Assembly: GCF_001194135.2 (NCBI RefSeq)
Contig: NC_068987.1
Span: forward strand, 4,237,815-4,272,104
Reading direction: 5' to 3'
Length of the DNA stretch: 34,290 nucleotides
Origin: Octopus bimaculoides
Lineage: Eukaryota
The stretch's first letter is position 1. Every line of letters starts with the position of its first letter. Both the position numbers and the translations under genes were made by a program. Positions 32,377-34,290 of the stretch are shown in pieces. The notes beneath the pieces were generated by a model. The model was not told the origin of the DNA. It searched no databases and was given only the letters and a program-made list of their open reading frames with translations.

Positions 32377-32544
32377 GTCTGAAACCAGGCAACATAACAT
32401 GTTACGAATGCAACAGATTTCGCGGTAGTGTTTTAGATACGTGCGCCGAAGACGGTCAGCTCAAAAGAATAATGAAGAACTGCTACGCATGTTTGAAAGT
32501 GCATACTCGAATGGAGATGCACGATTACTGGAATCGACCGAAAG
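32377..32544 (+). CDS. Internal coding exon of a Ly6/uPAR (LU, three-finger) quiver/sleepless-like secreted or GPI-anchored protein
   Basis: Pyrimidine-rich acceptor ttttattttctttctattcgaatattcag| and strong donor AAG|gtaagc. Length is 168 bp (56 codons), phase 1-1. Translation (G)LKPGNITCYECNRFRGSVLDTCAEDGQLKRIMKNCYACLKVHTRMEMHDYWNRPK shows the CYxCN...C...CxxCxK spacing of the first half of an LU domain, plus an NIT sequon. The other exons were not identified with confidence. Confidence 0.85.
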
Positions 32545-32699
32545 GTAAGCAGAAATAATTCTTCATTTTCAGTCTTTTTTTTTTTTCTTGTCCATAATTT
32601 TTAGATTCCTAAGACCGAAGCGGAATCTGGTTCCCATGTGTCCTATGACTCATAAGGCCGGATCTTGACCCGATTACTATGGCTTATAAGTGATGATAT

Positions 32700-32914
32700 C
32701 TCAAACACTTCCCACGCCGCAGTATGGGACGCTGATCCATCGCAGGGTGAACTTCCCAGTTGCTGCTAGAAATTCGTTTAGGGCTGAGTGGAGTGAAGCA
32801 ACGTGAAATGAGGTGTGCTGCTCAGGAACACAACTTACCGCCAGGTCCAGAAACGGAAACCACGATCTTCTAGTCATGTATGTAATACTCCAATCACTAG
32901 ACCACGTGCCTTCA
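32700..32914 (-). mobile_element. SINE with C-type head and Meta/V-like central segment (C3)
   Basis: Reverse complement reads gtgaaggcacgtggtctagtgattgg...gttgtgttcctgagcagcacacc...ccactcagccc...ccctgcgatggatcagcgtccc. The last motif resembles Meta/V-SINE domains (from memory). Confidence 0.65.
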
Positions 32915-32961
32915 CAAATAAATAAATAGCATAACATAAAGAACATAAGTAAATAAGCAAA

Positions 32962-33053
32962 ATCTGGTACTTATTTCATCGGTTTCTTAGGCCGAACCGC
33001 TAATTGTGGGGACGTAAACACACCAACATCACTTGGTAAAGGGTTCACAAAGA

Positions 33054-33055
<2 letters not shown>
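32962..33055 (-). mobile_element. SINE family B internal fragment
   Basis: gtacttatttcatcgg...gccgaaccgctaa...ggggacgtaaacacaccaacatc. Confidence 0.7.
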
Positions 33056-33100
<45 letters not shown>

Positions 33101-33480
33101 TACATACATATATATATATATATANNNNNNNNNNNNNNNNNNNNNNNNNNNNNNNNNNNNNNNNNNNNNNNNNNNNNNNNNNNNNNNNNNNNNNNNNNNN
33201 NNNNNNNNNNNNNNNNNNNNNNNNNNNNNNNNNNNNNNNNNNNNNNNNNNNNNNNNNNNNNNNNNNNNNNNNNNNNNNNNNNNNNNNNNNNNNNNNNNNN
33301 NNNNNNNNNNNNNNNNNNNNNNNNNNNNNNNNNNNNNNNNNNNNNNNNNNNNNNNNNNNNNNNNNNNNNNNNNNNNNNNNNNNNNNNNNNNNNNNNNNNN
33401 NNNNNNNNNNNNNNNNNNNNNNNNNNNNNNNNNNNNNNNNNNNNNNNNNNNNNNNNNNNNNNNNNNNNNNNNNNNNNNNN

Positions 33481-33513
<33 letters not shown>

Positions 33514-33921
33514 AGAGAGAGAGAGAGTAATTTGTGTTATATATATATTTATATGGGTGTATGTTCCTTTTGTCCTTTTTTATTTTTCAATTATTTTTTC
33601 TATTTTTGCTTCACACACATTTTCGCCCCCCACCATTTTCTTGACAGCCAACACAAATTCTGTTATAAATATTTCACTTTGCACTTTAGAGACGTGTCCT
33701 TGAGAGTAGTACCAGATAGAAATTTCAGTACTACAATATGTAATTGCAAAATAGCCTTTGCGTATTGACGCATGGATGTCGCTGTGTAGATTTGCCTGAG
33801 GATCGGGGATTCGAAACTTCGCGTAGAGATACACACCGACTCAACCAAGCAGAATTCTTATTCCACTCTACATAATAGTATTCTGTTGTAACATGTATGT
33901 ATGTATGTATGTATGTATGTA

Positions 33922-33959
<38 letters not shown>

Positions 33960-34235
33960 CAAATATGCACCACATACACACTCCTGTTTTAGTGAATATA
34001 GATATATATAAACATACATACATACATACATACATACATACATACATACATACATGCATGCATACATACGTACGTACATTTGTGGATATATTATTCCTTT
34101 CCATATCGGCTAACTCTGATGAACGTAAGTTTATATAATCGGATTATTTAACACTCCATTGTATTCCCAATGTGAAACCGATTGGTGTGTGTGTGTGAGT
34201 GTGTGTGCATGTGTGTGTGTGTGTATGTGTGTGTA

Positions 34236-34290
<55 letters not shown>

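Noticed and set aside
33796-33830. CTGAGGA...GAAAC..GTA hammerhead-like word
   Set aside because: No stem II, and only 1 bp of stem I.
33630-33880. Next LU exon candidates after 32544
   Set aside because: All plausible acceptors give an early stop in phase 1, and no C..CN terminal motif is present.
34058-34124. MHTYVRTFVDILFLSISANSDE ending at a phase-1 gtaagt donor (signal-exon-like)
   Set aside because: The ATG and first codons come from a (TACA)n microsatellite, and it lies downstream of the LU exon. Unsupported without transcripts.
34116-34187. CTGATGA...GAAACCGATTGGT hammerhead-like spacing
   Set aside because: The cleavage position is G, there is no stem I, and the stem II loop is long and unstructured; likely chance.

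Overview
Repeat-saturated, AT-rich eukaryotic scaffold with 11 N-gaps. It is probably intronic/intergenic DNA of an octopus-like coleoid cephalopod; this is inferred from the tRNA-derived SINE repertoire and microsatellite load, not proven. Nearly all ORFs in the supplied track are microsatellite or N-gap artefacts. One convincing protein-coding exon is present and is absent from the ORF track: 32377-32544 (+), a phase 1-1 exon encoding the N-terminal half of a Ly6/uPAR (three-finger, quiver/sleepless-like) domain. The rest consists of three tRNA-headed SINE groups (here called A, B, C), stacked R4/Dong-like non-LTR fragments in (TAA)n arrays, a decayed CMC/Chapaev3-like transposase, a Tc2/pogo-like MITE, a mariner MITE and many microsatellites. 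The most notable signal is a ~286-bp foldback element (7377-7662) whose spacer holds an apparently intact minimal type I hammerhead ribozyme with a palindromic stem III, as in Penelope-like retroelements. At least two more non-autonomous families (D, F) carry decayed hammerhead-like cores. One of them (F) is fused antisense to the SINE A tail at the same junction in two independent loci.
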